A DNA stretch of 32,255 nt, from the IMG/VR virus record IMGVR_UViG_3300045988_162788, positions 1 through 32,255 of that record. One strand, 5' to 3'. Shown here in pieces: positions 24,957-30,975 of this stretch (the first letter of the stretch is position 1; each line of letters begins with the position of its first letter). The notes beneath the pieces are model-generated. The model was not told where the DNA came from. It searched no databases and saw only the letters and a program-made list of their open reading frames with translations. Made by a program: the position numbers and the translations under genes. Origin of the DNA: a virus.

Positions 24957-24965
24957 GGGGTGCTC

Positions 24966-25880
24966 CTAGGTGAGGGCGTAGTAGTTGGTGGGTGGTAGTT
25001 GTTGATGAGGGGGGTAGGGTGTGTTGGGGTTGAGGGCGTTGACTGTGCCTGCTGCTCGGCGGGCGAAGCTGCCGGCGGCAGGTTTGACCTGGTATGAGTC
25101 GGGTTCGTCGAGCCAGTCGTCTTGGTTGAGCCAGGTAGCGGCGTGCTTGATGTGTTCCTCTGCGCGGCCGAGCTTGATGACGTATTCGCGGTAGCCGGCG
25201 GCGGCGGTGTTGAGTTGCTCTTCCGTGCCGCCGCGTTTCTTCGCTTTTTCCCAGGCTTTGAATGCGGCGGCTTTTCCTCGGTTGGAGGGGTAGATCTTCC
25301 AGAACTCTTCGAAGTTTGGCGGGTATTCGCCGAGCGGCCGCTTTTTGGGCTTTGCAGGCTTGGGGGCGGGCTCTGTCTCGGTCAGCTCGAAGAGCTGATC
25401 ATGAGTGTTATCTTCCCTTGGTTCTCTTCCTTGGTTCTCTTCTATTGTTAGTGTGCGGATTTCCGCATAGGGGGTATGCGGATTTTCACATAGGGGGTGT
25501 GCGGATTTCCGCATAGGGGGTGTGCGGATTCCTGCATAGGGGTGTGCGGATTCCGGCATAGGGGGTGCAGGCTCCGTCATGGGGAGCGAAGTCGGCGGCG
25601 GGACAGGCTCAGACAAGTGGAGAAGGTACCGATTTGAACCCTGCCCTCCACCCTCGAGCTCCCGGTTAATCCGCGTGATTATTCCCTTCTCTTCGAGGAT
25701 TCCTAGCACCTCCCATACGCTCCGGTAATAAATCCCCGTCATCTCACCGATACGTCGCGCCGACGGAAAGCACATACCCGTAGTCGCGTTCATGCAATCA
25801 GCGAGTGCCATCAGCACCACCTTTTCACGCGGGGTGAGTCCGGTGACTTTCCACGCGGCTATGAGGTGCCCGTAGCTCAT
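24966..25880 (-). CDS. Replication initiator (lambda O-like organisation: N-terminal wHTH, iteron-encoded linker, C-terminal domain)
   Basis: 304 aa. It has an N-terminal winged-helix-like LTPREKVVLMALADC...ARRIGEMTGIYYRSVWEVLGILEEKGII. Five iterons lie inside the coding sequence. It also has the C-terminal FEEFWKIYP...KAWEKA motif seen in phage replication proteins. Confidence 0.7.
   Translation of the reverse strand: MSYGHLIAAWKVTGLTPREKVVLMALADCMNATTGMCFPSARRIGEMTGIYYRSVWEVLGILEEKGIITRINRELEGGGQGSNRYLLHLSEPVPPPTSLPMTEPAPPMPESAHPYAGIRTPPMRKSAHPLCENPHTPYAEIRTLTIEENQGREPREDNTHDQLFELTETEPAPKPAKPKKRPLGEYPPNFEEFWKIYPSNRGKAAAFKAWEKAKKRGGTEEQLNTAAAGYREYVIKLGRAEEHIKHAATWLNQDDWLDEPDSYQVKPAAGSFARRAAGTVNALNPNTPYPPHQQLPPTNYYALT
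25416..25441. repeat. 13-bp tandem duplication ccttggttctctt x2 in the lower-GC flank of the iterons
   Basis: The exact direct repeat lies at 25416..25428 and 25429..25441, adjacent to the T-rich stretch tctattgtta. It is a candidate unwinding element. Confidence 0.55.
25451..25564. repeat. Five tandem 22-23-bp iterons (putative origin of replication)
   Basis: The units begin at 25451, 25474, 25497, 25520 and 25542, with consensus gtgTGCGGAttTCCGCAtagggg. Each contains an internal inverted repeat. Confidence 0.8.
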
Positions 25881-26182
25881 GTCAGCACTCCGATTCGTTC
25901 GATGTTAAGTTCGCACCGCCATTCCGATGCGGAGGGGACGATTTTGAGGAAGGTGACCAGCCCTGCGTTGCGCAGCTCTTTGCAGAGTTTGTTGGCGGTG
26001 GGCTGGGAGATGCCCAGGTGTTGGGCGAGGCTGGCGGGGGAAAGGTCGCTGTGCCCGTTGGTGTCTGAATGGAGGGTGATCCAGTAGAGGGCGCGGCGGT
26101 GGGTTTCGCTCATGCGGCAGTTCGTGGCTTGGTCGAGCCAGGTGGCTTCTGCAAGGGGGCCGAGGATATCTGCGTCAAGCAT
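25877..26182 (-). CDS. Winged-helix (MarR-like) DNA-binding protein
   Basis: 101 aa from the ATG at 26182, with GGAG 7 nt upstream. It contains LSPASLAQHLGISQPTANKLCKELRNAGLV and has an ATGA overlap with the initiator gene. Confidence 0.65.
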   Translation of the reverse strand: MLDADILGPLAEATWLDQATNCRMSETHRRALYWITLHSDTNGHSDLSPASLAQHLGISQPTANKLCKELRNAGLVTFLKIVPSASEWRCELNIERIGVLT

Positions 26183-26390
26183 GTTCAAGCTCCATTCGGC
26201 AGGAGGGGCAGGGCGCGCATACGCCGGGTAGTTTCGCCGGTGTGCGCTGCGGGGTGCGGTCGTAGGTGATGAAGTATCCGGACAGGTCAATGTCGACGGT
26301 CTTGCCGCAGAGAGCGGCGGCGCGGTGTTTGCCGTAGGCGGCGGCCTGGACAAGGGCGGCATGCTCGACGGTGTGCATGACGTGCCGCAT
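26175..26390 (-). CDS. Hypothetical small Cys-rich protein
   Basis: 71 aa with a C-terminal CAPCPSC. It overlaps the next start by 8 nt. Confidence 0.5.
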   Translation of the reverse strand: MRHVMHTVEHAALVQAAAYGKHRAAALCGKTVDIDLSGYFITYDRTPQRTPAKLPGVCAPCPSCRMELEHA

Positions 26391-26407
26391 GGTGACTCCT
26401 AGGGTGG

Positions 26408-26926
26408 TTAGTGTTTCTTGGTGAGGCGAGCGCGGCGGGCGCTCAGCCAGGCTTGGAGGTTGTGGAGGTTCTCGATGTCTCGGGGGCTGTCGAGGGTGTC
26501 CTCGGGGACTGGGTCGCTGGTGGGTGCGGGGCGGTAGATGAGCTCTGCAGGTGCCTTGGTGGAGCCTTGCATTTCCTGTGCCTCGGCGTCTCGGCGTTCT
26601 CTCTTACGTTTCCGTCGGTTGCAGATTTTGCACCCGTCGGTGTACGCGTTGATGTCGCCGCCGCATCCGCTGCAGATTTTCCGCGGGCCGGGGATGCCTC
26701 TCGGGTCTCCCATCCTGAGCCAGTAGTCGTGACGGTGGGCGCAGCTGCGGCACCGCTGGTTCCTCGTCAGCCATGGCTCGCCGCACATCCGGCAGGTTTC
26801 CGGATCCGGTGGACGCAACGCCCGCTTATCGCCGGCACGCCGCCATGCATTGTGGCGGTTGGAGCAAATCCTGCATCCACGAGTCCGCTCTTCGACAGGT
26901 GCCCCGCAGCTAGTACAGGTACTCAT
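26408..26926 (-). CDS. Protein with three tandem zinc-ribbon repeats and a basic segment
   Basis: 172 aa with SD AAGGAAAGGA. The repeats are CTSCG-x8-CRIC-x2-RH, CRMCG-x8-CRSC-x2-RH and CSGCG-x8-CKIC-x2-RK. Confidence 0.7.
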   Translation of the reverse strand: MSTCTSCGAPVEERTRGCRICSNRHNAWRRAGDKRALRPPDPETCRMCGEPWLTRNQRCRSCAHRHDYWLRMGDPRGIPGPRKICSGCGGDINAYTDGCKICNRRKRKRERRDAEAQEMQGSTKAPAELIYRPAPTSDPVPEDTLDSPRDIENLHNLQAWLSARRARLTKKH

Positions 26927-27119
26927 CGCGATTCCTTTCCTTCATGTCGTTCACCCAAGAACCCAGCAGAATGGCGGGCGCTGCGGGGATCAACGAGGCG
27001 ACGAGCAGTACGCCGCGGATCCCGATATCTTCCTGAGCGCTCGCGATACCGGCGATGGTGACGGTTGCGATGACAAGCGCCCAGATGAGGAGTTTGGTGT
27101 TTCTGATGGTGCGTTCCAT
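26910..27119 (-). CDS. Small membrane protein (2 TM)
   Basis: 69 aa with SD AAGGAA. Its hydrophobic segments are LLIWALVIATVTIAGIASA and GVLLVASLIPAAPAILLGSWV. Confidence 0.6.
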   Translation of the reverse strand: MERTIRNTKLLIWALVIATVTIAGIASAQEDIGIRGVLLVASLIPAAPAILLGSWVNDMKERNRDEYLY

Positions 27120-27129
27120 TGGTGTTTCC

Positions 27130-27639
27130 TTACGGGACGATGAGGAGAGCGAAGATGGTGAGTGCTGCGGAAAGCCAGATGATGGTGTTGACCCATGCGA
27201 GCTGGATGAGTCGCTTGTTGGTTTCGTTGAGCTCGTCGCGTAGGAGGTCGGTTTTCTGCTGGAGGGCGTCAGCGCGACCGTTCACCTTGTTTACGTAGGC
27301 GGTGAGCTGGGCGATTGCCTCCATGTGTTCCTTGCTGGTGTGTTGGAGGAAGGCGACGGCGCACTCAACTTCGGCCTGCTTGCGTTCATTCCTGGCGACG
27401 CGTTGCATGGCGTGGGCGACATTCTGTCGGGTGTAGTCGTTCTGTTCTTCGAGGCGGTCGTGCCAGACGATAAGCCTGGTGTTGAGGTAACAGGTTGTGT
27501 TATGCAGCTCGGCGGCGGCGATGTCGATTCTGGCGATGTCGTCGATGATGCCTTCGTGGTTGTCGATGATTGTCTGGATGGCGGTCTGGCGGTGCCGGCG
27601 GCCTGCTGCGCGGTCGCGCTTGGTCTTGGTGGCTGTCAT
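27130..27639 (-). CDS. Tail-anchored coiled-coil membrane protein (paralogous anchor to 23543..23896)
   Basis: 169 aa: a helical body plus a C-terminal TM (NTIIWLSAALTIFALLIV). Confidence 0.7.
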   Translation of the reverse strand: MTATKTKRDRAAGRRHRQTAIQTIIDNHEGIIDDIARIDIAAAELHNTTCYLNTRLIVWHDRLEEQNDYTRQNVAHAMQRVARNERKQAEVECAVAFLQHTSKEHMEAIAQLTAYVNKVNGRADALQQKTDLLRDELNETNKRLIQLAWVNTIIWLSAALTIFALLIVP

Positions 27640-27654
27640 GGCGTGTTGTCCTTC

Positions 27655-27683
27655 CTGACTGGTGTGGGGTGGGCGGTTAGGAT
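27655..27683 (+). promoter_or_regulatory. Candidate promoter of the nested plus-strand gene (CTGACT - 17 nt - TAGGAT)
   Basis: The -10 TAGGAT ends 7 nt before the ATG at 27691, a geometry typical of leaderless actinobacterial mRNAs. Alternatively, the GGA within it could act as a weak SD. Confidence 0.45.
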
Positions 27684-27690
27684 TGTTGGT

Positions 27691-28212
27691 ATGGATTTCT
27701 CAACTCTTTTTTCTGGCGGTTCAGCGATTGCGGCTATCGTCTCTGTCTTTTTCGCGATTGTTTCCTGGTACCAGTCCCTTGGCTCGAAGAAAGCGAAGGC
27801 TAAGGCTGAGGAGGCTCACAAGGCGGCGTTAGAGATGCGTGATGCCGCGGTTCGTGCTGCTGAGGCTGCGGAGGAGCATGCCCGGCAGATGGAGCAAATC
27901 GTTGCTGAACAGCAGAAGCAGTCCGAGTCTCAGGGCAAGATTGAGTCTCACCTGTGGAGGCCCACATTTGAGCTGACTCCGGATAGAGGTGGCACCTACC
28001 TGCTGCGCAACGTCACTGGTGAATCTGTTGAGGTTCTTGAGGTGGCGAATCTCGATGAGTTCGTCCGCTGTGACCAGGTTCAGCAGGTGTTCCGCCCTGG
28101 AGAGTCGCTACGCATCTTCATGTTTGGTGCTTCCGGTAAGCCGTTGCCGTCGAACCTAGAGCTACGAATCCGTGGGGTCGATGAGGTCGTCCCCGTCCCG
28201 ATTCGCCGATAG
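27691..28212 (+). CDS. Membrane-anchored protein encoded antisense to the early operon (moron; candidate superinfection-exclusion/defence protein)
   Basis: 173 aa from the ATG at 27691. It has an N-terminal TM (GGSAIAAIVSVFFAIVSWY), an Ala/Glu helix and a beta-rich C-terminal ~85 aa. It is the only plus-strand gene between 160 and 29968. Confidence 0.7.
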   Translation: MDFSTLFSGGSAIAAIVSVFFAIVSWYQSLGSKKAKAKAEEAHKAALEMRDAAVRAAEAAEEHARQMEQIVAEQQKQSESQGKIESHLWRPTFELTPDRGGTYLLRNVTGESVEVLEVANLDEFVRCDQVQQVFRPGESLRIFMFGASGKPLPSNLELRIRGVDEVVPVPIRR

Positions 28213-28353
28213 CTCACGTTCCTTTTCTTCCTTCTTCTCTTCCCAGGAATCTTTGAGCGTCCTGAAGCAGAAGAATCCGGAGACGATAGCGCCGGCAACG
28301 CTGATGAAGAAGCAGACAGCATTGAATACGAGGTTGAACTGGTCGGGTTCCAT
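28162..28353 (-). CDS. Small membrane protein
   Basis: 63 aa with TM NLVFNAVCFFISVAGAIVSGFFCF and a charged tail. Its 3' end overlaps the convergent gene 27691..28212 by 51 nt. Confidence 0.5.
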   Translation of the reverse strand: MEPDQFNLVFNAVCFFISVAGAIVSGFFCFRTLKDSWEEKKEEKERELSANRDGDDLIDPTDS

Positions 28354-28375
28354 TAATGTTTTCCTTCCTGGGTGG

Positions 28376-28921
28376 TTAGAGGGCCATGAGCTGGTTCTGG
28401 CTGTGCCGCATGAGGTGTTCAGCCATGCGGAGGATGCAGGCGTCGACGACGTCCTGTGAGAAGGTGAGGCCTGCTTCGTCCTTGATTTGGTCGGTGGCGA
28501 AGTGCTCGTGGAGTGTGATGCCGCAACCGGTGGGGCAGGGCATGTGGATGTTCATCCGGTGCTTGAACAGGGGGTTCTCGACTAGTTCGAGGCGCTTGTG
28601 GGTGGGGTGGGTTCGTCTGCGTGCCCACCAGAGGTTGGCGGTTTGGATTGCGAGTTTTGCTTGTTCAGTGAGCTTGTCCCATGCGGCGGGGTGAGCATCT
28701 TTGATGTGGGCGGGGGCGGCTTCGGCTGCGGAGATGTAGGGGCTCTTGTTGGCGGGTAGCTTGGCGTAGGCTGTCTCGCAGATTTCGCACCATGCCGCCG
28801 GTGTGGTTTGGCGTGTTTTGAGGCGGGAGTCGTGGCGGCTGATGATGGGCATTCGTACCCACCAGATGCCTTGTGCGTATTTGGTGGCTAGTTTGTGTGC
28901 CACGTCATTGGCGGTTTTCAT
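28376..28921 (-). CDS. Hypothetical protein
   Basis: 181 aa with SD AAGGAG. It has Cys/His clusters (CEIC, HMPCPTGC...HEH). No family recognised. Confidence 0.65.
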   Translation of the reverse strand: MKTANDVAHKLATKYAQGIWWVRMPIISRHDSRLKTRQTTPAAWCEICETAYAKLPANKSPYISAAEAAPAHIKDAHPAAWDKLTEQAKLAIQTANLWWARRRTHPTHKRLELVENPLFKHRMNIHMPCPTGCGITLHEHFATDQIKDEAGLTFSQDVVDACILRMAEHLMRHSQNQLMAL

Positions 28922-28952
28922 GGTTAGTGCTCCTTATTCGTTGGTGGTGTGG

Positions 28953-29204
28953 TTATCCCTGCTTCAACTGGTCGAGTAACTTACGAATCCGCTCCTCCCT
29001 CTTCTTTTCTGCCTCTTCCTCCTCCTCTGGGGAGAGGGGTAGGAGGAGCCCTCGGATGGTGAATTCTTTGACGTCGATTCTGGAGTCGTAGGTGATAGCC
29101 ACTTCGACATTTCCGAGGTGCATGCCCGCTGCTATCTTCCGGACGATGTCGATGTTTCTCTCTCCGATTTCTCGGAGAAATTCGCCCTCATCGTGTAAGT
29201 CCAT
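28953..29204 (-). CDS. Hypothetical small protein with an EEEEE tract
   Basis: 83 aa with SD AAGGAA. The local sequence is of lower GC. Confidence 0.6.
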   Translation of the reverse strand: MDLHDEGEFLREIGERNIDIVRKIAAGMHLGNVEVAITYDSRIDVKEFTIRGLLLPLSPEEEEEAEKKREERIRKLLDQLKQG

Positions 29205-29215
29205 CGCTGGGTTCC

Positions 29216-29440
29216 TTATCCGTTGTTGGTGTCGTCGTGGGAGCTGGCGTGGAGCCTGGATTCTTCGAAGAGCTCTTTAAGTGCATCTTGGATGAATAGG
29301 GAGCTGAGTGATTCAACGTCTTTGGTTTTTTCCTCCCCGCAGGTGACGCATTTGAGCTTGAGGACCACGCCTACGACCTTCATGTTTCGGGTGAGGGGTA
29401 GGACGGTGATGGTGAAGGGGGAACCTTTGTGTTCTTTCAT
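29216..29440 (-). CDS. Hypothetical small protein
   Basis: 74 aa, preceded by SD TAAGGAAACACCA and then the ATG. It contains CVTC. Confidence 0.6.
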   Translation of the reverse strand: MKEHKGSPFTITVLPLTRNMKVVGVVLKLKCVTCGEEKTKDVESLSSLFIQDALKELFEESRLHASSHDDTNNG

Positions 29441-29450
29441 TGGTGTTTCC

Positions 29451-29672
29451 TTAGTTGTTGGTGTGGGTGACGGGTAGCTGGCTCAGCCAGGCGGTGACGG
29501 CTTTGCTGGTGTAGTAGACGCGGCCTCCGCGCTGTCCAGCACTGGTTCGGATGAACTCTGGGCCTGTGCGTGCCGTTCGCCAATCGGCGAGGGTGGCGGC
29601 GGAAACGCCGAGAGCTTCGGCGAGTTCATCGGGCGACCAGATGGTCAGTCCCTCGTGTGGGATGGTTAGCAT
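29451..29672 (-). CDS. Excisionase-family / MerR-like HTH DNA-binding protein
   Basis: 73 aa. The sequence ELAEALGVSAATLADWRTARTGPEF...VYYTSKAVTAWL matches the HTH_17/Xis-type pattern. Confidence 0.65.
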   Translation of the reverse strand: MLTIPHEGLTIWSPDELAEALGVSAATLADWRTARTGPEFIRTSAGQRGGRVYYTSKAVTAWLSQLPVTHTNN

Positions 29673-29728
29673 TTTTACGTCCTTTACATGTGTATAAATC
29701 CCATACTAGGGACAAGGGGGTAAAAAAA

Positions 29729-29968
29729 TTAAGCGGTGGTTAGTTCGGGAATGTGTTCCTCGAAAAACCAGCCAGGGCTCACTTTGAGTACTGCTGCCAA
29801 GTTCCAGAGCTCGGTGGCTCGGATTGGCGAGTTGTGGTTTTCAAGGGCTGAGAGTCGAGCTCGGCTAATGCCTGCTTTAGATGCCACCTCTGTTCGGGTG
29901 AGTTTGGTCTTGGCGAGTGCGAGCGAGAGATTTTCCGCTAGGATTTCGCCAATCTGTCGGGTGCTCAT
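29729..29968 (-). CDS. Cro-like XRE-family HTH regulator
   Basis: 79 aa from the ATG at 29968, with AAGGAGG 6 nt upstream. It contains LTRTEVASKAGISRARLSALENHNSPIRATELWNLAAVLKV and is divergent from the cI-like gene. Confidence 0.8.
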   Translation of the reverse strand: MSTRQIGEILAENLSLALAKTKLTRTEVASKAGISRARLSALENHNSPIRATELWNLAAVLKVSPGWFFEEHIPELTTA

Positions 29969-29997
29969 GGCCACCCTCCTTTCCTGGTGTTGTAATT

Positions 29998-30027
29998 AGT
30001 TTATGTCTCTGGTTTGGGACAAGTCAA
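29998..30027 (-). promoter_or_regulatory. Candidate early (cro-side) promoter TTGACT - 18 nt - TAAACT
   Basis: On the minus strand the -35 TTGACT is at 30027..30022 and the -10 TAAACT at 30003..29998. This leaves a 29-nt leader containing the SD. Confidence 0.5.
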
Positions 30028-30036
30028 GCGAAAATC
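30021..30036. repeat. 16-bp operator-like element aagtcaagcgaaaatc overlapping the cro-side -35
   Basis: An exact inverted copy lies at 32118..32133. Confidence 0.5.
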
Positions 30037-30047
30037 TGAAATTTTTT

Positions 30048-30063
30048 AAAAATCTAGATTTTT
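30048..30063. promoter_or_regulatory. Perfect 16-bp palindrome aaaaatctagattttt (candidate operator)
   Basis: It lies in the 121-bp divergent intergenic region. A third AAAATCT half-site is at 30031..30037. Confidence 0.5.
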
Positions 30064-30089
30064 TTCTTGTTTTTATATACACTGAGTGC

Positions 30090-30518
30090 ATGAAGCAAGA
30101 ACGTAAAACCACCGCAGGCCGCCGTAGTACTGGCCCCGCAAACCGCTTTAGCCAACTGCTGAACGAGGAACTGCGCGCCGCGCAATCACGCCGCCGGCTG
30201 ACTCTGCGGGCGCTAGAGGAATTGTCAGGGGTTAGCCGCAATCGCCTTTCCCTGACTTTGAACCTCGATTCGTCCCCGCTCAATACGAACGAGTTTGAAC
30301 TCATCTGTAGGGCGCTTGATCTGAGTCCTGCTGAGGTATGTTTCCGCGCAGAAGCGGCATTGCAGAAAGAACTGGCGGCAGAAACCTCTTCAGCGTCTGA
30401 TAAGGAACTGGCTGCGCAGATTTTGGCACGTGCCGAAGCTGCAAGGCAGGCCGGATATGCTCTAGCCGCACACCCCGCAGATAAGGTCATTACCGACGAC
30501 GGCAACTGGACAGCATAA
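30090..30518 (+). CDS. CI-like XRE-family repressor
   Basis: 142 aa from the ATG at 30090. It contains LTLRALEELSGVSRNRLSLTLN...NEFELICRALDLSPAEV. It has no SD, and an AT-rich TATATAC lies 10-16 nt upstream. Confidence 0.8.
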   Translation: MKQERKTTAGRRSTGPANRFSQLLNEELRAAQSRRRLTLRALEELSGVSRNRLSLTLNLDSSPLNTNEFELICRALDLSPAEVCFRAEAALQKELAAETSSASDKELAAQILARAEAARQAGYALAAHPADKVITDDGNWTA

Positions 30519-30573
30519 GACAACCCGCGGGCGCGAAGAAAGGGATAGCGCACCCGGCAATTCACTGAACTTC

Positions 30574-30975
30574 ATGAACCAAATTCCATATAACCCCGAA
30601 ACGCATGCGAGCCAGCTTGGTATCCGCATCATTGACGCCTGCCTACCTGCAGGCACACTAGCGCTCTGGGACGAGACAACAAGGACGATTCTCGCAAGCC
30701 CAGGACTACTACACCGCCAGCGCCGATGCGTCATCGCACACGAACTGGCACACGCCGTCAACGGCGACACTCACGCCCCCATCGACGACGTTGCCGCGCG
30801 CAAACGCGAGCGCAGGGCAGACCTGACCGCTGCCGGCTGGTTGCTTGATCCTGTTGCGGTGCGGACGGCGTTGGCTGTGTCACCCGATTCTTTGAACGCT
30901 GCGGCGGCTGATTTAGATGTGACCCCGAGGATTCTCTCTGCGTGGTTGGAGGGGAGGAAAGGAGAAAGATGGTGA
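30574..30975 (+). CDS. ImmA/IrrE-family metallopeptidase (anti-repressor protease)
   Basis: 133 aa with the HEXXH motif (AHELAH) followed by ...RERRAD..AA.LL, typical of the DUF955/ImmA family. It lies immediately downstream of the repressor. Confidence 0.8.
   Translation: MNQIPYNPETHASQLGIRIIDACLPAGTLALWDETTRTILASPGLLHRQRRCVIAHELAHAVNGDTHAPIDDVAARKRERRADLTAAGWLLDPVAVRTALAVSPDSLNAAAADLDVTPRILSAWLEGRKGERW

Noticed and set aside
25451-25564. The tandem repeat array, considered as a possible CRISPR array.
   Set aside because: The units are contiguous with no spacers, they lie in frame inside a coding gene, and no cas genes are present. The array fits replication-origin iterons.
30003-30089. 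An upstream extension of the cI ORF (MSLVWDKSSENLKFFKNLDFFLVFIYTEC...).
   Set aside because: This part is the AT-rich operator/promoter region and has implausible composition. The HTH protein begins naturally at the ATG at 30090.
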